A stretch of 64,000 nucleotides of DNA from Bugula neritina. Taxonomy: Eukaryota; Animalia; Bryozoa. The first letter of the stretch is position 1; every line of letters starts with the position of its first letter. A program made the translations under genes and the position numbers. Positions 1 to 10,900 of this stretch are shown in pieces. The stretch spans positions 9,414,722 to 9,478,721 of the forward strand of contig OZ037766.1 of assembly GCA_964035545.1 (NCBI GenBank). Direction: 5' to 3'. The notes under the pieces were generated by a model that did no database searches, was not told the DNA's origin, and was given only the letters and a program-made list of their open reading frames with translations.

Positions 1-96
1 AATACAAAAGTCTATACTGTTTAGTTATTTTGAATGAAGCCCGTAAGGATATAAGATTTTTTTTGTTTACTACGTTGTTTGTAATATTTAATTTAG

Positions 97-963
97 GATT
101 CCGAAGTAATGGGTATGACAATGGATGTGACCAAGAAAGAGCATATGCTTCCTATATCAGACACTGAAGTTATGAAAATTACATGTAAACACTGCAATAT
201 GTCGCCAATTGTTGGAACAAGATTCAAGTGCGGGTATGTAGTTTCAGCTTGTTTTCTTTACTCAGTTTCTAATAAATTTCCTAAAGAGTTTCAAATGCAA
301 ACAGATCAAGAATTACACTTATAGTTTTTCAAGTTTCATCCTTGTAGTTTTGGCAGTGAAACACAATTATTGCTGGAATTGCTGACACGTTAGAATTGTA
401 GTGTAGGGGTTACAAGTGATGTCAAAAAAGGGAGTTATTCGAAACTGCATCTATACTACATCAGCAAAGGACAAATCCAATTGAAATCTAAGCTGTTTGC
501 AACAGTCCAGTTTTAGTACATACCTACTTTTTGTTTGCTATCACAATGTTCAAGTGGTAGAGTAATGCATGGCAGAAGTTTTGATTTGGTAAAACATTTT
601 TAAAATGAGTTTTGATACTTTTATGGTTATCTATTTATCTTTGTTAAATTATTATTTAAACTGAAGCTCTAATCATCAAATTCTAAATTAAGGAATATTC
701 ATTAAAATATTTTCCAATTTTGTGGTCCAATGAGTTGTTGAGTTGTCTGCTCATATAAATGAGTGTAGATATGCCCTTTAGTATTGCATGTGTATAAAGC
801 AGTTACATCTGTATGCAGGGTATGTAGTGACTATGACTTGTGTGAAACGTGTGAAAAGACGAGTGAAGAGTTCCATGACCCGAAGCACCTGTTCCTTGTG
901 TTCAGATACCCTGTCAACTTCCACACCACAGTTCCTCAACTAACTTGGGACTTCTACCAATAA
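97..963 (+). CDS. RING-ZZ array gene 0 (5'-truncated by the window edge): last two coding exons 97-233 and 819-963 encoding a C-terminal ZZ zinc finger
   Basis: Splicing TGC GG|gtatgt ... gcag|G GTA gives [40 protein letters not shown], a full ZZ ligand set, ending TAA at 961-963. The phase-2 intron is in the same position as in the downstream paralogs. A RING exon is not visible in the window. Confidence 0.85.
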
Positions 964-1471
964 TAGATTTTGTGAACTGCTTTAGACTCTGGATAAATAA
1001 TCATTTTCCTAAATTTTACTTACATATGTTTTTATTTTGTAATTTAGATTATCTATTGGCTTGGTATTTCTTTTAGAGATTTGCATTTCTTCTGCTAAAG
1101 ATAGTAATATTGTTTACTTAAAGCACCACGTTTCTATGCTGCCGAAGGCAGAAAGATAAAAATAATAAATGACATTTAAAAATTTCTTTTTAAATAAGTT
1201 TAAAATTTGGATGCTTTAGCCTGGCACTATTTAAATCTTAGAACTTTTACGCTGTTTGGTGTGATGGCCAATAGGATTTTCTAAAAACTGTTATTTATAC
1301 TTCTGCTGAAATGAAAATTGTTTTTGTGCTTCTTTACTAGCTTGCATAATTATCTTCAAGAACAAGCTTCTTCAAAAGAAAAAATATTTTGCCTGGAAAT
1401 GTTTTTATGCCTGAAATCTATATAGCAAAGTGACCTAAAGATCACTTGAGCTTCCTGCATAGATACCCGAT

Positions 1472-1535
<64 letters not shown>

Positions 1536-2470
1536 CTTCAATGTAGAATACTGTCTTATTGTGTTATTTGCTAGATTATTCTGAAATTTAAAATTAATTA
1601 TGTATTTTTAGATTAGTAATTATTGTTGGCATCAGTGATCAAATATATACAATCCTTTCAGCATATTTGATTACTTTAAAATAAACTTTTGTGCAAATTT
1701 TGCCAAATTGCACTGCTATAATTATATGAAATAAAGTGCTATATAAAACTGATATTATTGATATGTAATGGTAATTCGAACTTCAGATCATAAAGGATGA
1801 TATTATAATCTCAGGAAGTGTAATATAATAACCAGTAAATGTTTGTTACACATGTTGGCCCTTGATTTCTTATGTGTACAAGGTGTTTGGCTTTGTTATT
1901 ATTTACATTCAACATTATAATTACACTGCGTATTGTATGAATATCAATTTCTAAGTTAGCAATATGTATGACCACGTTCTACGGTTATGGTCATGTTCAA
2001 GTATACTCACTATCTTAGACACATAATATCACTGAACTGAAAAAGTGATTTTTAGTTCAGTGCATAATATCATATATAGCTTATCAACCATTAGGTAAAA
2101 TGAAACTGCACTGTGAGTAATTCAGGAAAATCCATGAATAGTATTTAACAGCCATTTAACTAAACTAGTTTCCTTTTAATAACTAGTCTCATAGTTGCCG
2201 TACTCACCCAGCCAAAGCTATAGAGATAGAGCCTGGTAGTGACTTTGAAGGTTCAAGTTTTCAGTGTCCTGTGAGTAGACCTGTTCTTTTGGTATGACAT
2301 AATTATGTAAAGACAACAATTTATCAGCTCAAGTTTCTAGCTGTTGGTTTAGAGTGCTACTGGGCAACATTGTAACATGCAACTATTGCTATTTGTTTTG
2401 TTTTTAAATACAAATCGTAATACAGCCTACCTTTCCCTTTTTAATTAATCTTGTAACTGCATTGAATAGT
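934..2470 (+). repeat. Duplicated intergenic/promoter segment, copy 1 (paralogous to about 5295-6890)
   Basis: Colinear shared blocks, e.g. CTAACTTGGGACTT(C/T)TACCA, TTAGATTATCTATTGGCTTGGTATTTCTTTT, CTTAAAGCACCA, TTTGATTACTTTAAAATAAACTTTT, ATAACCAGTAAAT, AAATGAAACTGCA, GACTTTGAAGGTT. Ends are approximate. Confidence 0.85.
1475..1530. repeat. (TA)n microsatellite
   Basis: Uninterrupted TA run; absent from the paralogous segment near 5835-5850. Confidence 0.95.
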
Positions 2471-2641
2471 TTGTATAGACCTCCCTCATAGTTAGTACTA
2501 TTAACTAATAATTTTATGTGCAATACATACTTTTATCATTTCTATGTACTCCTCAATGATATAAACTATCAAGTAAATGCATAAGCATAATCATTAAAAT
2601 AATCTCACATCGTTTAGGGGTACAAATGTTTAATAGCAAAA

Positions 2642-3242
2642 ATGGCCGATCAGTGGTACATTCCTGATGACACGAACGAGGAGGAAGTAGCTGTAACATG
2701 CAGAATATGCAGCAGGTTCTTTACTGATGCCAGAAGTTTGGAATGTGGAGACAGTTTTTGTTTCTGCTGCATAAAACGTGTTCAACAGAGTGAAGAGAAG
2801 ATAGCCTGCCCTGTGTGCACTACAGTGTGTGTGCCGGCCATGGTGGATTTGCATAGTTTACAGCCCAACTTCAATTTAAATAGCATGGTTGCAATAGTTA
2901 TGCAGCAAAAAGGTAAATTTAGAGGCATTGGTTTGCATTTAATTTATCTAGCATGCAACCTATAAAGATTGCATGTACAGTATAATAATTTAAATTTATA
3001 AAATATAAATGAAAAAACTTGACTTTCTATGCAAATTTTGCAGTTATTCAAGTTGAAAAAATTAAAAGCAAAGGGAACCACTGCACTGTGACATGTGATT
3101 TTTGTCGTGTCTCTCAATTTTATGGTCCAAGATACAAATGTGGGTAAGTGCAGAAAATGACATTACATTCATACTAGGAAAACTTGAGTTGATGGGTTAT
3201 GCAATGCATAAACATGATCCTTCTGCATAATATATCAAGAAA

Positions 3243-3304
<62 letters not shown>

Positions 3305-4478
3305 TGTTTACTCATCGCCCTATAATGAGTAAAAACAGCCATACAATTATACAGAGTGTGCGATGATTATGACCTCTGTGCAAAGTGCGAGGGAAAGCCG
3401 AGACAGGAAATTCACGATGAGTCTCACATATTCTTGAAGCTGAAGAGACCTCGCACTGCAGAAGGCTCACATGGGCCATCACTGACACAGGTTACTCTTG
3501 TTGCCCACAGATTTTCATAACCTATCATAAAATTATTCCCACAATTTGTTTTCATTCTTTAACTTCCTTTAATAAGATGTGAAATCAAATGGCATGCTAA
3601 AAATTACTTGTTAATGCACTAGATCCATATTGTAGCTTATTTTTGCTACATAAAGGTTAGTCTAGGTTACTTCTTATTTTTAAAATGTGGCTTTAAAACA
3701 TAGCTATTACCTATACATACTTTTTATACTAGATTCTTCTATATATCCTGTGGAAAACTTTCATTGTCACCTTCTGAAATAACTTTTAATAGGGATTTAT
3801 TGACAAAATAAAAGAGCTTAATGCACCGACTGGTACACAGACTCAAAATGAATGCTGTGCTCTCAAATGTACGGGATGTGAGAGTTCCATCCCAGAAGGT
3901 TATGTTTACAAGTGTGGGTAAGTTCAATAGTCTACAATTCAGCTATAATCACTATGTAGCAAACATGGCTACAATAATTGCTATTTTTACTAGTCGAACA
4001 CTGCTAGAACATTAATAGAACTTTTTAATTTGGCAAATTTACAATTTAGTTAAAATAAGCTAAAGTATAACTTTTCACTTCTACTCAGAAAACTAACATT
4101 ATGAATTGCTAAAGGCACTCAGAAATGTTATGCTGAAGTTATTGACAAAATAGACCTGTGTGTGTTGTGTGTGTTGTGTGTGCTGTGTGTGCTGTGTGTG
4201 TTGTGTGTGCTGTGTGTGCTATGTGTGCTGTGTGTGCTGTGTGTGTTGTGTTGTGTGTGTGTGTTTAAGAAACATTTGGATTACTCACAATTAGCAATAC
4301 TTCATTTACTATGACATTTTATAGATTATGCGAAGATTACATACTGTGTGACAATTGTGAAGACAACTCTGAAGAATTACATGACAAGAAACATGTATTT
4401 ATGAAAATACACGCCCAGCATCCTTTATGCAAAGATTTACCAAGAGAAGTGGTTTTGCAAGCAAAGTTCTATAAATAA
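2642..4478 (+). CDS. RING-ZZ-ZZ protein, paralog 1 (putative E3 ubiquitin ligase, 261 aa). Exons 2642-2912, 3044-3143, 3355-3490, 3793-3917, 4325-4478
   Basis: All introns are GT-AG and phases match (1,2,0,2); total 786 nt. RING CRIC-x11-CGDSFCFCC-x12-CPVC; ZZ1 CDFC..CGVCDDYDLCAKC..H-x3-H; ZZ2 CTGC..CGLCEDYILCDNC..H-x3-H. Probable non-coding first exon with donor GTGAGT at 2271. Confidence 0.88.
3243..3297. repeat. (CA)n microsatellite in intron 2 of paralog 1
   Basis: Direct observation. Confidence 0.95.
4157..4264. repeat. TG-rich minisatellite (about 9-bp TGTGTG(C/T)TG units) in intron 4 of paralog 1
   Basis: Tandem TGTGTGTTG/TGTGTGCTG units. Confidence 0.9.
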
Positions 4479-5294
4479 ATTACTGTGTATTATTTAAGTG
4501 AATCAGTATTTTCAACTGTGAAACTGTGTCTATATTAATTAAACTGTAATGCTAAGCGGGTGTATTTACATAGATTATATTATAATATATTAAATATACA
4601 TTATATACATTTGGTGAAATGCTTATATAATACTTTCCTGTGAAGAAAAGTTAGCAAACTGTACACAAATTAATTGTGATTATTTAAAACGATGTTTTAG
4701 CCTTATATACACTCCTGCTGCTGCTAATCTTACATAACAATTGCATACTTAACTTATAGCACCTCGGCTCTGTTGTAATTGAATTGTTGAGCATGTTTAC
4801 ATTAATTTTTCTGATTTAATGATAAAAGTTATATTAAAATAAAACTTGTTTTTCTAAAATAAACTCAAACGCTGCTATTATTTTGCTGTGGACTTTCAGC
4901 TTTCAACTAAATACTTCACATTGAGCTACCGTAAAATAAGGAACACAAAATAATATAAACATAACATTTATAGACACCACAGAAATAATGATACATTGGA
5001 TTGAATATTAAATCACCTGTTCCCAGAAAGCTTTTCTTTAAACAGTATACATCTCAAAAACTATATTCTAAAAACATATAATATGAACATAATTTGTAGT
5101 AATTGCATATTTAAATATTTATATGTACAGCTAAATTAGAGTTATAGTAGGTCTTGTAATAATTAATATAAAAGTAAATGTAAGTGGTGTAAATTTGTAG
5201 GCCAACAAATGAAACAGAAAACTACTTTTAGTTAAAACTTAGCTAGACTAACAATATTATTATACAACTGATCAGCTCATATAACAATTACATC

Positions 5295-6890
5295 CCTCAG
5301 CTAACTTGGGACTTTTACCATCATATATTCTGCTCCAGACTCTCACTAAACAATAAATGTCCTAAATTTTACTTACCCATGTGTTTTTTTATTTTGTATG
5401 TTTTTTAAGTTAGATTATCTATTGGCTTGGTATTTCTTTTATAGAGATTTGCATTTCCTCTGTTAAAGATAGTAATGCTGTTTACTTAAAGCACCAAGTT
5501 TCTATAATGCTGCAGAAGGCTAAAAGATAAAAATAAAAAATGACATTTGAAATTTTCTTTTTAAATGAGTTTAAAATTTGGATGCTTTTTCCTGGCACCT
5601 TTTAAATCTTAAAACTTTTATGTTGTTTGGTGTGATGGCTAATAAGATTTTTTGATAATTGTTATTTATACTTAGGCTGAAATGACAATTGTTTTCTATG
5701 CTCAAATAATTACCTTCAAGGCCGACCTTAATTCAAGGGAAAAAATACTTTGCCTGAAAATGTTGTCTTTATGCCTGAAATCTGGGTAACAAAGTGGCCC
5801 AAAGATCACTTGTGCTTCCGGCATAGATACAGATTATTGTATGTATAAGCTACTACACTGTAGAATAGCATCTTATTATACTATTTGCAAGATTATTCTC
5901 AAATTTAAAAGTAATTGTATATTTTTAGGTTAGTAATTATTGTTGGTATCAGTAATCAAATATATAGATTTCTTTCAGCTTATTTGATTACTTTAAAATA
6001 AACTTTTATGCAAATTTTGTCAAATAGTAGGGCCATAATTTTGTGAAATAAAGTGCTACATAAAACTAGCATTATTAATGTATCATATCTGTTCTGTGAA
6101 CTTCAGATTGTAAAGAATGATACTATAATCTCGGTAAGTGTAATATGATAACCAGTAAATATTTGTTACACACATTATTAGCCCTTAATTTCTTATGTGT
6201 ATAGGGCTTTGAGCTTTGGTATTACTTATATTCAAAATGCTGATTACAGTGCATATTATATGAATATGATTTTCCAAGTCAGCAGACAGCAATACAATGT
6301 GCTATGGGTTATGACTATGACTATGTGTAGTATAAATGCAAGTACACTCATTATATACACAGTATGTTTTGCCACCCAACCATCGGGCAAAATGAAACTG
6401 CATTATTGAGCCATGCAGGAAAGTCTACTGATAGTCTTTAACAAAAGCCTGCCATTAGAGCAGCTATTTAAAACAACTAGTTTTCTTTTAATAACTAGCC
6501 TTGTGTGTGCCTGGACCAGTGCTTACTCTGACAAAGCTATAGAGATTAAGATAGGGATTAGAGATAGAGCTTGGTAGTGATACTGACTTTGAAGGTTGGA
6601 GTTTTCACTGTGAGTATAGTTGCACCTTATATACCTTATGACCAGGTACTTAAGCCTTGAACTACTAAACTAGTACCATAAAGTATACACATTTATATAA
6701 AGATGACACTTGTCTCTTAGCTCAGGTTCGTAGCTGTTGTTTCATTGGCTGTTGCTACTGCTTTATTAAATAATATTGTTGCCACTATTGCTTTGTGTTG
6801 TTTTCAGTCTATACAATTATAGTAATACAGCATTCAAAAATGTCCATATTCTTCACATTTTGATTAATCTTGTAACTGTATTGAAACATT
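5295..6890 (+). repeat. Duplicated intergenic/promoter segment, copy 2, starting with a relic of the gene-0 terminal codons
   Basis: CCTCAGCTAACTTGGGACTTTTACCA matches the gene-0 end CCTCAACTAACTTGGGACTTCTACCAA; colinear with 934-2470; shared donor GTGAGT at 6610. Confidence 0.85.
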
Positions 6891-6955
6891 TTTGTAAAAC
6901 AAGTGCTGAAATAAAAACAGCTACATGCAGGTAATATAAAATATTGATTCAATAA

Positions 6956-7386
6956 TGTAGTGGTTGGGGGAAGTATACCCCTCACTGCCCCTGCTAAACA
7001 TAGTGTAACTAATGTCAAGGACGACAACTCCGCAAGCTATGCCGCAGTTCCATGCAGCGCCCATTACTCTTCACAATAACACCGCCGGAATCTTATATCA
7101 TCCAATCAGGATCAACCCTCTGTATATAAGCGATACCTTCCGGCACCCACAGCCAGTCTTGACAGTAGTAGTAGACAAACAGGTTAACTACATGTAACAT
7201 TTTTTGTCGAATTACATTTGTTCTCTTTTGTACTTATGAGTTATCTCTATTGTGTATAATTAACTATAATACAGTTCTTTCTTGAACGACCAACTAGTTT
7301 GGTTCCTCACATAACCTCACAAGTGGATATACAGTAAATACCAGCACACAATAACACCCTAACTAGTAGTGCACAAAACTACAACA
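6956..7386 (+). mobile_element. Solo LTR (431 bp), family unrelated to the 9645 element, in the presumed 5'-UTR intron of paralog 2
   Basis: TGTAG...CAACA termini, 4-bp TSD ATAA (6952-6955 and 7387-7390), internal CCAATCAGGATC and TATATAA motifs; homologous to 35773-36161. Confidence 0.8.
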
Positions 7387-7902
7387 ATAAAAACGAATTT
7401 TAGGCTGTCCATAAACATCTATGAAAATAGTTCTAATAATCTCTTTGAATAAACTCATATGCATTTTAAAAAGTTAGTTATCTATATAGCTACAGTGCAT
7501 GCATAGACTCTAACAATACTTGTCCAATGTCAGGGCCAATTGCTATTAGAATTTCAATATATAATATATATATATAAATCAGAATTCAACAACCTCTATT
7601 TAGCTTCTTATAAAAGTTATTGTTTCTATCAGTCATAAGAGAGTAACTGCAAAGCAAAATTGCATGTTTTAGATGTAATTATATTGTGGAATATCAACTA
7701 AATATTATTATGATTATTGATTAAATAAGCCTGTAGAGATGATGTATCTGGAACAAACTGGATGTAGACCTCTCTTATAGTTCAGACTGATAACTGTTAA
7801 TTACATTATTTCTATATACACTCCTCAATTATATAAATATAAACATAATAGTTATTATAATAGATACATACAATTTTAGTTTACAAATGTTTAATAGCAA
7901 AA

Positions 7903-10900
7903 ATGGCCGATCAGTGGTACATTCCTGATGACACGAACGAGGAGGAAGTAGCTGTAACATGCAGAATATGCAGCAGGTTCTTTACTGATGCCAGAAGTTT
8001 GGAATGTGGAGACAGTTTTTGTTTCTGCTGCATAAAACGTGTTCAACAGAGTGAAGAGAAGATAGCCTGCCCTGTGTGCACTACAGTGTGTGTGCCGGCC
8101 ATGGTGGATTTGCATAGTTTACAGCCCAACTTCAATTTAAATGGCAAAGTTTCTGCAGTTATGCAGCCAAAAGGTTGATATAATCTTATATGTATTTTAA
8201 AATCAATTTATGTCACATGCATGCATGTGCTCAGTTCGTCATTCCAATTTTAATCTACTAGATTAAAATGTAAGTCCCATGTAAATGTAGCTGTTTACGG
8301 TCTTAAATTCTTTGGTCAAATTCTAGAGCAACATAGGTATTTTTGTTGAATGGCCAAATATGCCAAAAGCAGTTATGATTGATGAATGCTCTGCTTGATT
8401 TAAGATACATATTTATAAATACAATTATTGATATTGAGTTTAGACTTCACCTGCATGTCTACCTTCCTACAAAAAATTTCTCTTAGGGACACCGATGAAA
8501 CGTAATTAAAATTAAACAGCAGACGCAGTGTGATTAAAACGCAAGTTAATGCCTCTAGTACCATGAACAGTTAGATATTAGCAGCTGCTGTTTTTATCAC
8601 TGCTGTAACATAATGATATGTAAAATATCTGTAGTCATTCAAGTCGAGAAAATAAAGAGAAGGGGAAAACACTTTGGAGTAACTTGTGACTTTTGTCAGA
8701 CTTTAGGATTCTATGGCCCAAGATATAAATGTGGGTAGGTGAATAAAATAATCTAGCAAAACATGTCTATAATAAAAAAGTCATGTTGTCAATGTGATTG
8801 ATAATAAAATTGGTTTGACATTTCATTTTTGAACTTTCCATGGAACCCAGCCTTTAAACCTTTCACACAAAGTTTGCCCTACTAGTTCCGAATAATAGCC
8901 CAGTAGCACTTATCACAACTGAGTGTATAAACTACTCACCTAATCTAATCAGTTATGTACTAATTTTATAAATGTTAAACTTTTGCCCAACTGCCAAATA
9001 ACTAATTTATCCTTCAATATAACAAAGGTATTATATGCTCTGTAGCAAATGCTAGTAATGCAAAACTATAAAGCGAGAGTATAATTGCAGACATGTAATT
9101 TTTAACATGTTTGCAATTCTCAAACATGTAACTTGAAAATATTGAAAAATGATCATAATTGAAGATTATTATTTAAGATAAAAAGTAGAACAAAGTTGCC
9201 CAACTATGTCATTCAAAAACATGCATTTTTGCAGCTAAACTTGCAAAATTTTATATAATTATAACTTATAATGGTGAGATATTAGAGTTGGTACACACCC
9301 CTGATCTCGTTTGATTTTTATATGATCTGGCATGGGGTGGAAAAGGAAACGTTATAGGGAAAAGCAGAAGTCACACTCATAGGCTAGTACAAGTCTAAGC
9401 CAACCTTGTAGTGCTTTGTTTCTATATGAATATGAACACATATTTATATTCTAAGTGCAATTGCAGCGTTTGTGATGACTACGATGTTTGTGAGAAATGT
9501 GAGGCTAAGCCACGAAATGAAGTTCATGATGTATCCCATGTGTTCATAAAACTGAAGAGACCTCAGACAGCTAAAGCATCCTATGGCCCCTCATTTACAC
9601 AGGTACTCAACTGCAGTGACATTTTGAATCAGCATTTATACTTGTGTGGTGGCTCGTGGAGCTACCAGCAGCACAGCATACAGGGTCGCGTAATTGACCC
9701 GGAACAATTGATAGCCAATTAGCGGGTTTGATAGTTAGCAGCAATAATAGTTTTCCTGCTGTTAGTCAGTCGAAGTTAGAGTGCTGAATAGACTAGATGT
9801 GTAAATTGTCAGATGTATTTGTCTCGTTTTTATAATGTATTATTGTGTGTAAAATATATACTCGTTCACTCGACTTATCTTGGTGCAGTTCTATAGCAAG
9901 TAATTAGACTCTCTGGATAGCATATCAACCCTAAATCTGAAAAACTTAACAGTGGTGGCAGTGGTGGGATAGTGCATCCAAGATGGAGACTGAAAATGCT
10001 GGAACGCAACCACCGGCAGTAGAAGGTGAGCGTAGAGACAATGCTGTAGAGACAATGCCTGTTAACCATGTAGTAGAAGAGCGAAGGGTTCCGCGAGAAC
10101 TAACTGAAGACCGCTACCGGTTAAAGGCGCCCACCTTCACGGGCGAAGAGGAGGTGGAACAATTTATCCAAGAGTTTAGCGACGTAATGGACGTCGCCCA
10201 GTGGCCCCCTAGGGTGGCCTTGCTGAAGCTTAGAATGGCATTGATGGACAAAGCCAAGCCTTATGGGCTGGGCGTAGACATTGATAATATCTTTGCTTCT
10301 CTGCGGGCCCGCTTCGGCCTCTCTGCTACAGATGCCAGGGCCCGATTGCAGAGGTTGCGGCGTGATCCCCGCACCCCGCTGCGGGAGCACGCCGCCGCGG
10401 TCATGAAGCTGGCACAGATTGCGTACAGCGACTTGCCCCCAGTCAACCGCGAGAGGTATACCCTCGACGCTTTCATAGCATCTGTCGACGATTTGGGTCT
10501 CCACCACCAGTTTCTAGCTAGGGGAGTCACCATCGTTGAAGATGCTCTGACTGAGGGAGAAGCTTACCTCCTAGCTAATCAAATGCATAAAAGTCGCGGG
10601 AGCTCCCGTCAAGTGGAGGTAGACCGCGCGGACACGGCCGCGGGACAAGGGGAGGAAACCCCCGCCGCGGCTGCCGTGTCCCAGCTGGCGACGGCATCGA
10701 AAGTCACTCAACTGACAGACATGCTGGCCAAACTGATAGCAACACTGACACCCCAAACCCCAGTGAGTACCGCCACTGAGCCCGTGCGGCCGCCGGCGCC
10801 GCCACAGGGAGAAGCAGTCAGTTTTTGCTGGGAGTGCGGAAATCAAGGACATTTCCGCCGATACTGTCCCTTCCTAAATCAGGGGTTAAACTACCGCGGC

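Noticed and set aside
2630-8115. Identical 74-aa antisense ORFs at 2630-2854 and 7891-8115
   Set aside because: Reverse-strand shadows of the identical RING exons.
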